Source: Chloroflexota bacterium (GTDB taxonomy: Bacteria > Chloroflexota > UBA11872 > VXOZ01). From it: 64,000 nt of DNA. Position numbers and translations under genes: made by a program. The stretch covers positions 384,001 through 448,000 of the forward strand of contig CAXXVD010000001.1 of NCBI GenBank assembly GCA_963662335.2, read 5' to 3'. The number at the start of each line of letters is the position of its first letter. The stretch's first letter is position 1. Below, piece after piece: positions 31,484-41,630 of the stretch. Below the pieces are notes generated by a model, which saw nothing but the letters and a program-made list of their open reading frames with translations, was not told where the DNA came from and did no database searches.

Positions 31484-33067
31484 GTTCCGCAGAGCCTCAC
31501 TGTCATCCCGCTGCCACAACGAAAAGCGCAGATCGCCTGGAATCCAGTCGCCGGCGCTACCGGCTACGCCATCCAGGTCATGAAGCGGGGCGGGGTCTGG
31601 TCGCCTCCCACTCCAGTAGCCGATACTTCCAAAGACATCGAGTTGGACAGCATTCTCGCTGGTGAAGGCCTCGCTCACGCCGACGCCTTTCACTTCCGCG
31701 TGCAGGCGGTGTTCCCCACTCCAACTCCGATTAGCGCCTTCAGCAAGACGATCACCGTTATAGACAGTCCCATTGTCAGGGTCAACGGCCACAGCCCCAC
31801 TTCGACGCCGATAGCGAAGGCCGTTGTCACGTGGAAGCCGCCTGTCGCGGCTACGGCATACTACGTGCGCTCGCGGAAACTCAGTGTTGGGCAAGACCAT
31901 ACGGCCAAGGAGTGGCAGCTGGACGGAGACTCATTCTCAATAGGCGAATTTGCGCCTGGCAGCCCCACGCCCGTGCCCTCTCCGGTCCCCACTCCCGTTC
32001 CCGCAACAATGGCGCATACTATCTTCGGCCTGGAGCGTGGCGCGCTCTACGCTATCCAACTGAACTACCTCACCGACGACGGCTGGGTCTTCTCCGCCCG
32101 CGACGCCTACGTCTGGCCCTCAGGAGTTCAGCCGGGTCCGGGCAAGAGAGTGGCAGGCTATCCGTTTGTGGGCCATTTTCCCAGCAGAACCTACACGTAC
32201 AGCATCTGCAAGGACACTTTCCATGACACGAATGACACGATTCGAATTGCTTGGGCAGACCTCATTGAGCATGCGTTGGGGCAATGGCAGAAGGCAACCG
32301 GCGGTTTCATTTCGATGGTGCGTTCAAATGCAACATGCACAACCTATCCGGAATTTACTCCTACCACTAAGCCCATAGACTGGTGGGTTGAGATTAGCAG
32401 CAGGCTGGGTGGAGACGACGGGTTAAGTGAAGTACGCATGGTGGATCCGCCATCTCCAGGCGAACAGGTGCAAGGTTCCTTTATTGAGATGCTTCTAACG
32501 GATCCCTTTAAAGCGTGCATTTTGTACCCAGATTTTGTAGCCTGCGCTAGTTCGCATTCCGGCTTCCTAGCACCTCGCCAGCAGGCCAGCACCACTTTGC
32601 CGAGTGCAGACATCATCTTCAACCATGATGTAATATATGCTCCCCCAATTGCCACCCCTACTATCGGTCCCAACAAGCCTGACGATGTTGTCTTTAACTC
32701 ATGTGTGGACAAATCCACGCTAAGACCCGATCTAGATGATAGCCAGCATCAAGCCTATGCAGCAGCAGTGCATGAGGCGGGACACGCGTTAGGTCTATCA
32801 GGGGGACTGCCGTGGAACATTACTTTCGCGCTAGTAGCCTCGGTGCTGACAGCCTACCAGCCACCTGCAACACCGATTAACATCCCATCCGACATTGTGC
32901 AGCAGGTATATGAGGCGTCACATGCAGGTACAACCGATGCGGCTATGAACTACGACGAGCACGCAGGAGAGCAAGAGCCAGATTGCGCGCCGCATCCGTT
33001 AGACGTGCTGGCGATCATGGCCTTGTATCAATCGGCGCCAACGCCGACACCGACTCCCTCTCCCTAG
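31184..33067 (+). CDS. type A2: N-terminally truncated Fn3 + metzincin cassette (no signal peptide)
   Basis: Begins at the homologue of A1 Fn3 repeat 8 ([12 protein letters not shown]); GGAG before ATG 31184; HEAGHALG at 32771, AAMNYD, EPDCAPHPLDVLAIMALY. Confidence 0.8.
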   Translation: MVTPTAQTSITVSWDTNNKVTAYKLERAIAVTPTATPAWTQVAVVTPAPSSTTTSYPDPSRSCGTAYLYRVSAIGDGTDYSKFEYGDPSQPETASTDFYCVPQSLTVIPLPQRKAQIAWNPVAGATGYAIQVMKRGGVWSPPTPVADTSKDIELDSILAGEGLAHADAFHFRVQAVFPTPTPISAFSKTITVIDSPIVRVNGHSPTSTPIAKAVVTWKPPVAATAYYVRSRKLSVGQDHTAKEWQLDGDSFSIGEFAPGSPTPVPSPVPTPVPATMAHTIFGLERGALYAIQLNYLTDDGWVFSARDAYVWPSGVQPGPGKRVAGYPFVGHFPSRTYTYSICKDTFHDTNDTIRIAWADLIEHALGQWQKATGGFISMVRSNATCTTYPEFTPTTKPIDWWVEISSRLGGDDGLSEVRMVDPPSPGEQVQGSFIEMLLTDPFKACILYPDFVACASSHSGFLAPRQQASTTLPSADIIFNHDVIYAPPIATPTIGPNKPDDVVFNSCVDKSTLRPDLDDSQHQAYAAAVHEAGHALGLSGGLPWNITFALVASVLTAYQPPATPINIPSDIVQQVYEASHAGTTDAAMNYDEHAGEQEPDCAPHPLDVLAIMALYQSAPTPTPTPSP

Positions 33068-33086
33068 AGTTGAAGAAGGAACGATC

Positions 33087-35141
33087 ATGTGGAATCGAAT
33101 TAAGGTCGTCGTGGGCTTGGCGGTGCTGGGAAGCGCACTGCTGCTAACGGGGTTGAGTTGTGATGGGCCGCCATATCCGCCGAATGACATTTCTCCTCAT
33201 CCAACGCTCACTTGGTCGCCGGACGGGAAGCACATAATCTTCTCGCCTATAGGTTTGGGGGTCTTTGTGATAGATGCTGCAGGTACGCGCTTGTGGACTT
33301 TTCCTGAGAACAATCCGCTTGGTGACGAATACCTCCCTGGCAACGCCGTGCCGGCGCTCTCTCCCGATGGGTCTCGGATTGCGTTTGTCATGCTCGGGAG
33401 ACGTCACCAAGCAGCGATTTACACGGCAGCGCTCAATGGGACAGCACTACGCAGGCTGACAGATCACGAGGGCTTTTCTTCGAACCCGGTGTGGTCGCCG
33501 GACGGGAGCCGAATCGCCTACACATCAGGTGATAGAGTTGTGCATCTGAAAGTCATGGACGCAGATGGCTCAAACGATCGGATACTCGCGTCGGAGGTTA
33601 GCCTTGAACCGTATCCATTCGGACGACCACCGGAGTGGTCGCCTGACGGTAAGTGGATTGCGTTTGTGAGCCAGGGCGAGAGGAGCGATGAGGAAGGATT
33701 TCTCCTAACTCTATACACGGTCCGGCCGGATGGGTCGGAGTTGAATAGAATAGGGGAACTTGCTCAATGGTGGTTGGACTTGTATAGCAATTCTCCTGTG
33801 GAGAGCACTCCTGTTCTTCGAGGCCCTCCAAATACTAGTATCAGAATCTGGGCCCACATGTGGCGGTGGGCGCCCGATAGCAGTCGGATTGCATTAATCG
33901 GCGCAAGTGAAGTGGATGATGAGGGAAAACAGCGAAATCTCCTCTACACGGTGCGTCCAGATGGGTCAGAACTCACCAGAGTAGCAGAGGCGCATAGTCT
34001 ACCGGTTTGGTCTCCCGACGGCAGCAGTCTTGCTTTCGTGGGCACTGAGGTGGGTAGGGAAGAGGCGCGCCACGACATTCTATACACGGTCCGGCCAGAT
34101 GGGTCTGGATTGACCAGAATAGCCGACATGCTTGGCACGGTGCAGTTGTACGATTCAATAGATAACTTACTGGGCGAGGTTCATGCTTCACCGGCGTGGT
34201 CGCCGGACGGAGAGTGGTTAGCATTCTCAAGGGGTGTTGACGAGGAACGCAGCATCTACGTAGCGCGGTCCGATGGCACGGACCTGCGCAAGCTAGTTCA
34301 TGGGCACAGCAGTCCGGTTTCGTGGTCCCCAGATGGAACGGAGATCTTCTTTCAGGGTATGGAATACGCTGTGCTGGCGGACGGCAGCGGCATGCGCCGC
34401 ATGTTGCAAGACCAGGCACCAAGCCTCTTGACAACGTGGTCCCCGGATGGCTCGCAACTGGCTGTACTTCTCGGCTCACGCAATGGCAGGCATAAGCTAA
34501 TATCAGCGCCCCAAGAGGTGCTATATACGATCACGCGAGACGGAATCGTGAAGCGACTGTTGGTGCGAGGAGATCCGCTACTTCTCGTAGCGGAGCACTC
34601 CAATTGGCGCGATGTGACTAACGATATCGCGTCCTGCGCGGATGGCTACGTTGTGCCGCATGCGGAAACGAATAAGAAACTAGTGCTAGATTGCGAGACG
34701 CTGCTGGCAATGCGGGAAGTGCTCGCCGGAGAAGGTTTTCTGAGCTGGAGCGCCACTGTCCCTATCGAAAACTGGCGCGGTGTCACGGTCGAAGGCTCTC
34801 CAGGTAACCCCTCGCGGGTTACAAACCTGTATCTCACTGACCTGGGACTTACTGGCACAGTGCCGCCAAGACTAGCTGACCTCACCGCGCTGAAGTCCTT
34901 GAATCTCGCAACTAATGCTCTAACAGGAAGCATCCCGCTTGAACTCGCAAACCTTGAAAACCTAGAGTACCTGAACCTCTCAAACAACAACTTGGATGGC
35001 ACCATTCCTCCTGAGTTGGGAGAGCGTGTCAACCTGAGGAGACTGTACCTCCAAGGAAACAACCTAACGGGATGCGTGCCAGCAGCGTTATCCGACCGCT
35101 TGACAGAACTCAAAACCGATGGCTTGGAATACTGCGAGTGA
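33087..35141 (+). CDS. type B2: PD40 beta-propeller + LRR lipoprotein
   Basis: Lipobox-like GLSC, many WSPDG blades, LRR cap, about 4 LRRs, ends GLEYCE. Confidence 0.87.
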   Translation: MWNRIKVVVGLAVLGSALLLTGLSCDGPPYPPNDISPHPTLTWSPDGKHIIFSPIGLGVFVIDAAGTRLWTFPENNPLGDEYLPGNAVPALSPDGSRIAFVMLGRRHQAAIYTAALNGTALRRLTDHEGFSSNPVWSPDGSRIAYTSGDRVVHLKVMDADGSNDRILASEVSLEPYPFGRPPEWSPDGKWIAFVSQGERSDEEGFLLTLYTVRPDGSELNRIGELAQWWLDLYSNSPVESTPVLRGPPNTSIRIWAHMWRWAPDSSRIALIGASEVDDEGKQRNLLYTVRPDGSELTRVAEAHSLPVWSPDGSSLAFVGTEVGREEARHDILYTVRPDGSGLTRIADMLGTVQLYDSIDNLLGEVHASPAWSPDGEWLAFSRGVDEERSIYVARSDGTDLRKLVHGHSSPVSWSPDGTEIFFQGMEYAVLADGSGMRRMLQDQAPSLLTTWSPDGSQLAVLLGSRNGRHKLISAPQEVLYTITRDGIVKRLLVRGDPLLLVAEHSNWRDVTNDIASCADGYVVPHAETNKKLVLDCETLLAMREVLAGEGFLSWSATVPIENWRGVTVEGSPGNPSRVTNLYLTDLGLTGTVPPRLADLTALKSLNLATNALTGSIPLELANLENLEYLNLSNNNLDGTIPPELGERVNLRRLYLQGNNLTGCVPAALSDRLTELKTDGLEYCE

Positions 35142-35207
35142 CGCAAGATTGCGCTTGGTGCAGAGATGGAACTAGACCATGAATTGGCTGAACAACAAAG
35201 CAAACTC

Positions 35208-35279
35208 AAAGAGCCAGATTGCGCGCCGTACCCGTTGGACGTGCTGGCGATCATGGCGCTGTATCAATCGGCGCGGTAG
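35208..35279 (+). pseudogene. remnant of a type A protease 3' end
   Basis: Translates KEPDCAPYPLDVLAIMALYQSAR*, nearly identical to the A2 C-terminus. Confidence 0.85.
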
Positions 35280-35295
35280 CAAGCGGAGGAACTTG

Positions 35296-36981
35296 ATGAA
35301 ATCAAAGGGAATCCTAGTTGCTCTGACGTTACTCGGGGGCGTGTTGCTTATAGGCTTGGCGGCAGGCTGTTACCCCGTAGAAGAGGAATATCGCGACTAT
35401 CAAGAGACAAGACTCTTCTGGTCGCCGGACGGCAGGCACATAATTCTTGCGCGTGACTTTACAGGGATTTTTGTGATTGATGAGGCAGGGACGCGACTGC
35501 GTACTGTCGATGGAGGCTGGGCGACTGGTGGATCACTGTCTTCAGCCAGCTTTGGGGCGACACTATCCCCCAATGGGTCGCGCATAGCGTACGTTGAGGA
35601 ATTGCGCTCCAACGACCTAGCCATCGTAACAGTGGCCCTGGACGGCACCGACAAGCGCCGCCTTACACCCATTGGCGCCAAAGAATCACTAAACTCCAAC
35701 CCTGTGTGGTCACCCGACGGACTGCAAATTGCTTTCACATCGGATGCAAGGCTCATGGTTATGGATGCGGACGGGTCGAACCTCCGAATGCTGGCGCCGT
35801 CCGTAGGGCTGGAGGAACGACCAGCGGGCAGGGGACAACCACCGGCGTGGTCGCCTGACGGCAGTCGCATCGCATTTGTAGGCGCTGCAGCGGATTACGA
35901 TGAAGGCTACGAGTTCACGCTCTACACAGTGCAACCGGATGGGGAAGAGCTAGTCGCTATAGGAAAACTGGCACTCAACTGGGCGTGGTGGTGGTCCCCT
36001 GACGGCAGTCGCCTCGCACTCTTGGCTGCGGAGATAGGTGAAGCAGGTGAGCGCGGCGAAGTCCTCTACACGGTGCAACCTGACGGGTCCGACTTGGCCA
36101 GGATAGGGGAAGGCTTCGTTCAACCGGCGTGGTCACCGAACGGCGCGTGGTTGGCATTCGTGCAGAAAAGTGCAGAAGAGAGCAGCGTCTACATCGCAAG
36201 ACACGACGGCTCGGACGTGCGGCAGGTTGCTCGTGGCTATGGGGGGCCGATTTCATGGTCGCTGGATGGCACCGAATTGTTCATTGAAGGATTAGCGTAC
36301 GCGGTGCGATCCGATGGCAGCGGTCTACGCCAATTGGTTCCGGGCGGGATAGGTGGACTGTTTGCCTGGTCTCCCGACGCTTCGCGGCTTGCTGTCTTCA
36401 CCGGTATTTCCGATGATTTCCAACAAGAGGTGGTCTTTACGCTCTCCCGAGACGCGACGGAAAAGCGTGTACTAGTGCGGGGTAATCACAGCGGTCTAGT
36501 TGCGGAACACTCGGATTGGCGTGATGTGTCTCGTGCCAGCGAGGCGTGTGCACAAGGACCTGCCGTGCCGTATCCCGATACAAACTCGGCATTGGTGCCG
36601 GACTGTGAGACGCTGTTAATGCTACGGGACAAGCTGGCCGGAGACGCCTTTCTGAACTGGAGTGTCGCCGTTCCCATAACTGCATGGCAAGGAGTCCATC
36701 TTGAAGGCTCACCAGGAAACCCCTCGCGAGTTACAGGTCTTCTTCTTGATGATGTAGGCCTAACCGGTACCATCCCGCCAGAGTTGGGCAATCTCACCGG
36801 CCTACAGCGGCTAGACCTCAGCAACAATGACCTGAGGGGTGACGTCCCACCGGAACTGGGCGATCTCTTCGCTCTCCAGGTCTTGTATCTTCACGGAAAC
36901 TCTCTGACTGGGTGTGTACCCGCGGTCCTCTCTGATCACTTAAGGGTAATGGAGGCCGATGGCTTGGAATACTGCGAGTGA
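35296..36981 (+). CDS. type B3: PD40 beta-propeller + LRR lipoprotein
   Basis: GGAGGA RBS before ATG 35296, lipobox AAGC, WSPDG blades, about 3 LRRs, ends GLEYCE. Confidence 0.87.
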   Translation: MKSKGILVALTLLGGVLLIGLAAGCYPVEEEYRDYQETRLFWSPDGRHIILARDFTGIFVIDEAGTRLRTVDGGWATGGSLSSASFGATLSPNGSRIAYVEELRSNDLAIVTVALDGTDKRRLTPIGAKESLNSNPVWSPDGLQIAFTSDARLMVMDADGSNLRMLAPSVGLEERPAGRGQPPAWSPDGSRIAFVGAAADYDEGYEFTLYTVQPDGEELVAIGKLALNWAWWWSPDGSRLALLAAEIGEAGERGEVLYTVQPDGSDLARIGEGFVQPAWSPNGAWLAFVQKSAEESSVYIARHDGSDVRQVARGYGGPISWSLDGTELFIEGLAYAVRSDGSGLRQLVPGGIGGLFAWSPDASRLAVFTGISDDFQQEVVFTLSRDATEKRVLVRGNHSGLVAEHSDWRDVSRASEACAQGPAVPYPDTNSALVPDCETLLMLRDKLAGDAFLNWSVAVPITAWQGVHLEGSPGNPSRVTGLLLDDVGLTGTIPPELGNLTGLQRLDLSNNDLRGDVPPELGDLFALQVLYLHGNSLTGCVPAVLSDHLRVMEADGLEYCE

Positions 36982-37049
36982 TGCAAGATTGCGCTTGGTG
37001 CAGTGATGGAACTAGACCATGAATTAGCTAGGACAAAAGGGGCTTTAAG

Positions 37050-37124
37050 GAACCGGATTGCTCACCGCATCCGCTGGACGTGCTGGTGATTATGGCCCTG
37101 TACCAGTCGACGACACCACCATAG
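37050..37124 (+). pseudogene. second remnant of a type A protease 3' end
   Basis: Translates [24 protein letters not shown]. Confidence 0.85.
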
Positions 37125-37137
37125 GGAGACGAACGCA

Positions 37138-39033
37138 ATGAGGTTGTTGAAACTGAATCTGCGCAAGGTTAGGGTAGGCCTAGTCTTGCTGGGAAGCGCG
37201 CTTCTCATGGCTTCTTCCCCGGGGGCCTGCGGTAGTAGCACCTCTGAATCGCCATTCCCGGCAGCATTCACTGGGGCCCCGAGTGTGGCCTACTTAGCTG
37301 AGGTTCCAAGTCTACTGTGGTCGCGGAACAGCGAGCACATCGTCTTCTCAAGGGGTTTACACGGGGTCTTCGTGGTAGACGCGGCAGGGAGGCGCTTGCG
37401 GGCCTTTCCCGAATACGCGCCGACAGTCGGAGACTATTACAACCCGGGGGCATTTGCCCCGGCGCTCTCTACCGATGGGACGCGAATGGCGTATAGCGTG
37501 TTTGTACCGACCAACGGCGCCCAAATCGAGACTGCAGCGTTCGATGGGTCTGACGTGCAACGGGTGACAACTTTCCGAGATCTCGATGGTGACGGAAGGA
37601 CCGATACCGTCCAAAATACGAATCCGGCTTGGTCACCGGATGGAGAAAAGATCGCCTTTGTTTCAGACCGCAGACTCTCCACTATGGCTGTGGATGGGTC
37701 AAACGCGCGGACACTCTCGCTCTTGGTAAGACTCGATCGACATCAGTCACCTCATTGGTCGCCGGATGGCACTCACATTGCGTTTGTCGGCTTCGACAAG
37801 GAATACAACCCTGGCTTTTACACGGTTCGGCTCGATGGCTACGAACTGACCCGCTTGGCGGATGCCCGTGCGTCCTCTGTAGCGGCCCCGGTGTGGTCGC
37901 CGAATGGCGGTTGGCTTGCGCTCGCCACTGTTGAAACCGACGCCGAAGGAACTAAACACGATGTTCTCTATACGGTGCGACCGGATGGGTCGTTCCTAAC
38001 CAGAGTAACACCTACAGATTATGGCGGCTCCGTGTTCGCGTGGTCGCCTGACGGCGACTGGTTGGCATTTTCGAACGGTCAGACAGTCTATGTCACGCGA
38101 CCCAATGGCGCCGAGTTGCGGCAGGTGGCAATTGGCAATGGCGTACCGCTGGTGTGGACGCCGGATGGAGAAGAAATCCTCATCAAAAGGCTAGGCCACG
38201 CTGTGCGGGCGGACGGCGGCGGGTTACGCGAGTGGGTTTCGGGCGGCGTGCCAGGCATTGTGCGAACCGCGTGGTCCCCCGACGGTTCGCGGCTAGCCGT
38301 TCTATCCGCTCCTGAGAGCCATAGCCTAATGCTGTATACGATAGCGCGAGACGGGATGGACAAACAGCTAGTGGCACGGGGAGGTGGAAGTCGCTTGGTT
38401 GCGGAGCACTCGGATTGGCGCGATGTGTCCGATGACATTGCAGCCTGCACGGAACAATATAAGCGCAACCCAGCCTTGGTGGAAGACTGCCAGACGCTGC
38501 TGAGCATACGCGATACATTGGCCGGGGAGACCCTTCTGAACTGGAGCGCTGACGTTCACATAGGGGACTGGGAAGGGGTCTCAATTGAAGGTGGCGAGGG
38601 AGCCGACCTTCGTCCGCCGCGCGTTCGGAAGTTGGTGTTATCAGGGGAGTATTCTCATGCGTTTATTACAGGGGTAATCCCACCAAAGATAGGCGCCCTT
38701 GGCGAGTTGGAGTTCTTGAACCTATCAAGAAATAGCTTGACCGGCGGCATCCCGCCAGAGTTGAGCATGCTCAGTAAGCTGGAGACGCTGTATCTCGAAG
38801 ACAACAACCTTACGGGCAGCATCCCGCCGGAACTAGGGAACCTTGCGAGCCTGAAGTACCTATCCCTCAGTGGCAATACGCTCAGCGGAGACGTCCCGCC
38901 GGAATTGGGCAACCTGGAGAACCTGAGAACGTTAGAACTTCACCGCAACTACGACCTGAGCGGCTGTGTGCCTGCCGTGCTAGCCAGCCGCTTGACTCAG
39001 GAGTATGGCACTGGCTTGGAATACTGCGAGTGA
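37138..39033 (+). CDS. type B4: PD40 beta-propeller + LRR (lipo)protein
   Basis: Signal peptide ending PGAC, WSPDG blades, about 5 LRRs, ends GLEYCE. Confidence 0.87.
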   Translation: MRLLKLNLRKVRVGLVLLGSALLMASSPGACGSSTSESPFPAAFTGAPSVAYLAEVPSLLWSRNSEHIVFSRGLHGVFVVDAAGRRLRAFPEYAPTVGDYYNPGAFAPALSTDGTRMAYSVFVPTNGAQIETAAFDGSDVQRVTTFRDLDGDGRTDTVQNTNPAWSPDGEKIAFVSDRRLSTMAVDGSNARTLSLLVRLDRHQSPHWSPDGTHIAFVGFDKEYNPGFYTVRLDGYELTRLADARASSVAAPVWSPNGGWLALATVETDAEGTKHDVLYTVRPDGSFLTRVTPTDYGGSVFAWSPDGDWLAFSNGQTVYVTRPNGAELRQVAIGNGVPLVWTPDGEEILIKRLGHAVRADGGGLREWVSGGVPGIVRTAWSPDGSRLAVLSAPESHSLMLYTIARDGMDKQLVARGGGSRLVAEHSDWRDVSDDIAACTEQYKRNPALVEDCQTLLSIRDTLAGETLLNWSADVHIGDWEGVSIEGGEGADLRPPRVRKLVLSGEYSHAFITGVIPPKIGALGELEFLNLSRNSLTGGIPPELSMLSKLETLYLEDNNLTGSIPPELGNLASLKYLSLSGNTLSGDVPPELGNLENLRTLELHRNYDLSGCVPAVLASRLTQEYGTGLEYCE

Positions 39034-39079
39034 CGGCAAGACTATGGTGGATCACATTCTGCATCGAGGCAAGTCAGAG

Positions 39080-41287
39080 ATGCCGCGGTTGAGATACGCG
39101 CTCCGGGTCTTGAGCTTCCTGGGGCTGCTCCTTCTCGGTCTGGCTGCCGCGTGCGGCGGCCAAGGGGATAACGATCACGATAGGCGTAAGAATGTAGATT
39201 CGCCCGTGGCCGGGACTCTGGCGCCGCCCCAGGTTAGCGATCCAGACGCACCGCAGGACACACAGGTCCAGGCCTCTAGCGATGCAAAAGCAGGCAGTCA
39301 GCCCTGCTCTGAGGATGCGGGGGAATCTTGCAGACCTCGCGAGGTCAGCGGCCTCAACCTCTTCGAGCCAAGGCCGCCGGCAGCCGGGTACTACATCCAG
39401 TCCGATGCCGACAGTGTAGAGGCAGTCCTGGAGAAAGGCCTGCGGTTGGCGGAGGCGTCTCCAGTGCACATCGCAATTCGCGGGAGAACAGCGGGTAGTA
39501 CCTTCCGCTGCGCGTGGCGCGGCGTAGCCAGAACCGCCGGCCAGCGAGAGCGGGCGGTCCGTTACTGGTTGGGTTTGGCCGCTACCGATGCCCTGCCGTC
39601 GGCGACCGAGGTCGAACGCCGGTTCATGCAGTCGATCAACAACGCAAGCCTCCAATTTCTGGAAACTGAGAAAGCGAACTTCAAGACTTTGGCTCGTGGC
39701 GGGTTGACGACCGAATACCTCTTCCTGACCTGCTACGCCGACTACGCCATCCGGGAATACTTGCTGGGCGCGGGGCCGTCCACTCTGACCGTGGCGTACG
39801 ACCACATGGCGGAAGCTCGCTCCTACGACCTCTACAAACGCGCGCACACGGCGGGCGAATTCGGCAACACGGCCCTGCTGGGCAAAAGCGCCTACCAGGT
39901 TGCGCTGGAAAACGCCGCGTGGGCCGTTGAGTCGTCGCTGAGCGCCATCGTGGGGGACCGCCAGACCGTGGTCTTCCTGGCTCCTATGGCTGCGCATCAT
40001 GCCATTGCCATCGAGGCCTGGCAGGCGATCGACCAGTGGGACGTGCAGTTGGTGAACGGCACGCTGAACGCGGTGCGCTTCGGGGCCTATCCCGGCGATC
40101 CGGAGCACACCCAATCGCTGAACAACCTGCGCAACCGCGTCACCAGCGCGGCGAGCACGGACTCCTTTGCCGGCAAGCGCATCGGCAACGTCAGCGGCCT
40201 GCGCACGTACTATACCGACATCGGCGCGTACGGCGACATCACACCCGACGACGGCAAGACCGATACCTTCACCCCCAGCCAACCGCCGCCGGTGCTGCCC
40301 TGCGAGAACGGCACCGCCGTCCCGAACCCCAGCGCCAACCCCGGCCTGGTCTTCGATTGCCGCACCTTGCTGGGGCTGAAGAGCACGCTGGCCGGTTCCG
40401 CTACCCTGAACTGGAGCGGCAGCACGGCTATCACCGCGTGGGACGGCGTGCTGGTCGGCGGCTCGCCCCAGCGCGTCAACCGCCTCTCCCTGAACGGCAA
40501 GCAACTGAACGGCCGCATCCCGCCTGAGCTCGCCAACCTCACCAAACTCCACTTCCTCTACCTGCGGAACAACCGCCTGCAGGGCGCAATCCCGCCGGAA
40601 CTGGGCAATATGGCCGAACTCCAACACCTCTACCTGAACCAAAACTGGCTCACCGGCGCCATCCCCGCCGAACTCGGCAACCTGGCCAATCTCACCCGCC
40701 TCTTCCTGGACCGCAATCAACTCTCCGGCGCCATCCCCAAAGAACTCGGCGGCATGGCGAGACTCCATCAACTCTACCTGAACCACAACCGCCTGACCGG
40801 CAGCATCCCGAAAGAATTGGGCAACCTGAGCAAACTCTGGTACCTCTACCTGGAACACAACGAACTGACCGGCAGCATTCCCAAGGAACTGGGCAAACTG
40901 TCCATCCTCACGCGGATGGACCTCTACGACAACCGGTTGAGCGGCGCCATCCCCAAAGAACTGGGCGGCCTGACACTGGTCACCCGCCTGGACCTGAGCA
41001 AGAACAAACTCACCGGCGCCATTCCCCCGGAACTGGGCACTATGGCCAAGCTGGAGTTCCTCTACCTGCACTGCAATGCGCTGACCGGCACAATCCCCGC
41101 CGCCCTGGGCAACATCACCACCCTGCGGGAACTCTACCTGCTGGGCAACACGATCACCGGCGACGTCCCCGCCACCCTCGCCGGCGTCGACGTGCGCACG
41201 GGCGCGTCGTCGGTCTGCACCTCGGTTTCCCCAACTCCCACGCCGTTCCCCACGCCGACGCCGACACCCACGCCCGCCTCCGGCTGA
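39080..41287 (+). CDS. type C2: lipoprotein with unassigned domain + 10 LRRs, paralogue of C1
   Basis: Lipobox AAAC; same VLEKGLRLAEASPVHIA and EYLFLTCYAD domain; LRR block almost identical to C1. Confidence 0.85.
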   Translation: MPRLRYALRVLSFLGLLLLGLAAACGGQGDNDHDRRKNVDSPVAGTLAPPQVSDPDAPQDTQVQASSDAKAGSQPCSEDAGESCRPREVSGLNLFEPRPPAAGYYIQSDADSVEAVLEKGLRLAEASPVHIAIRGRTAGSTFRCAWRGVARTAGQRERAVRYWLGLAATDALPSATEVERRFMQSINNASLQFLETEKANFKTLARGGLTTEYLFLTCYADYAIREYLLGAGPSTLTVAYDHMAEARSYDLYKRAHTAGEFGNTALLGKSAYQVALENAAWAVESSLSAIVGDRQTVVFLAPMAAHHAIAIEAWQAIDQWDVQLVNGTLNAVRFGAYPGDPEHTQSLNNLRNRVTSAASTDSFAGKRIGNVSGLRTYYTDIGAYGDITPDDGKTDTFTPSQPPPVLPCENGTAVPNPSANPGLVFDCRTLLGLKSTLAGSATLNWSGSTAITAWDGVLVGGSPQRVNRLSLNGKQLNGRIPPELANLTKLHFLYLRNNRLQGAIPPELGNMAELQHLYLNQNWLTGAIPAELGNLANLTRLFLDRNQLSGAIPKELGGMARLHQLYLNHNRLTGSIPKELGNLSKLWYLYLEHNELTGSIPKELGKLSILTRMDLYDNRLSGAIPKELGGLTLVTRLDLSKNKLTGAIPPELGTMAKLEFLYLHCNALTGTIPAALGNITTLRELYLLGNTITGDVPATLAGVDVRTGASSVCTSVSPTPTPFPTPTPTPTPASG

Positions 41288-41630
41288 ACCGCGGCCTAAT
41301 CAACTGCTCGTGCGCTTGGAGACCAACGTCATGGTCACTCCCACCGCCCAGACCAGCATCACCGTCAGTTGGGATACGGACACCGCGGTCGCCACCTACA
41401 AGTTGGAGCGCGCCATCGCCGTCACGCCCACGGCCACGCCCGCGTGGACGCAGGTTGCCGTCGTCACCCCAGCCCCGAGCTCCACGACCACAAGCTACCC
41501 GGACCCCAGCCGGAGTTGCGGCACGGCCTACCTCTACCGCGTCAGCGCCATCGGCGACGGCACAAACTACAGTAAGTTCGAATACGGCGACCCGTCACAA
41601 CCGGAACCGGCCAGCACCGACTACTACTGC
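40011..41630 (+). repeat. about 1.6-kb direct repeat, copy 2
   Basis: Matches 29864-31483. Confidence 0.9.

Noticed and set aside
35179-35295. N-terminal extensions of B3, B5, C2 and A2 given by the ORF track
   Set aside because: They overlap upstream genes or scars; downstream ATGs have better RBS and, for B and C, start signal peptides
39074-41071. Long antisense ORFs (also 17269-19179, 48965-50710, 55904-57415, 45488-46966)
   Set aside because: Shadow ORFs opposite well-supported genes, expected at high GC; no motifs
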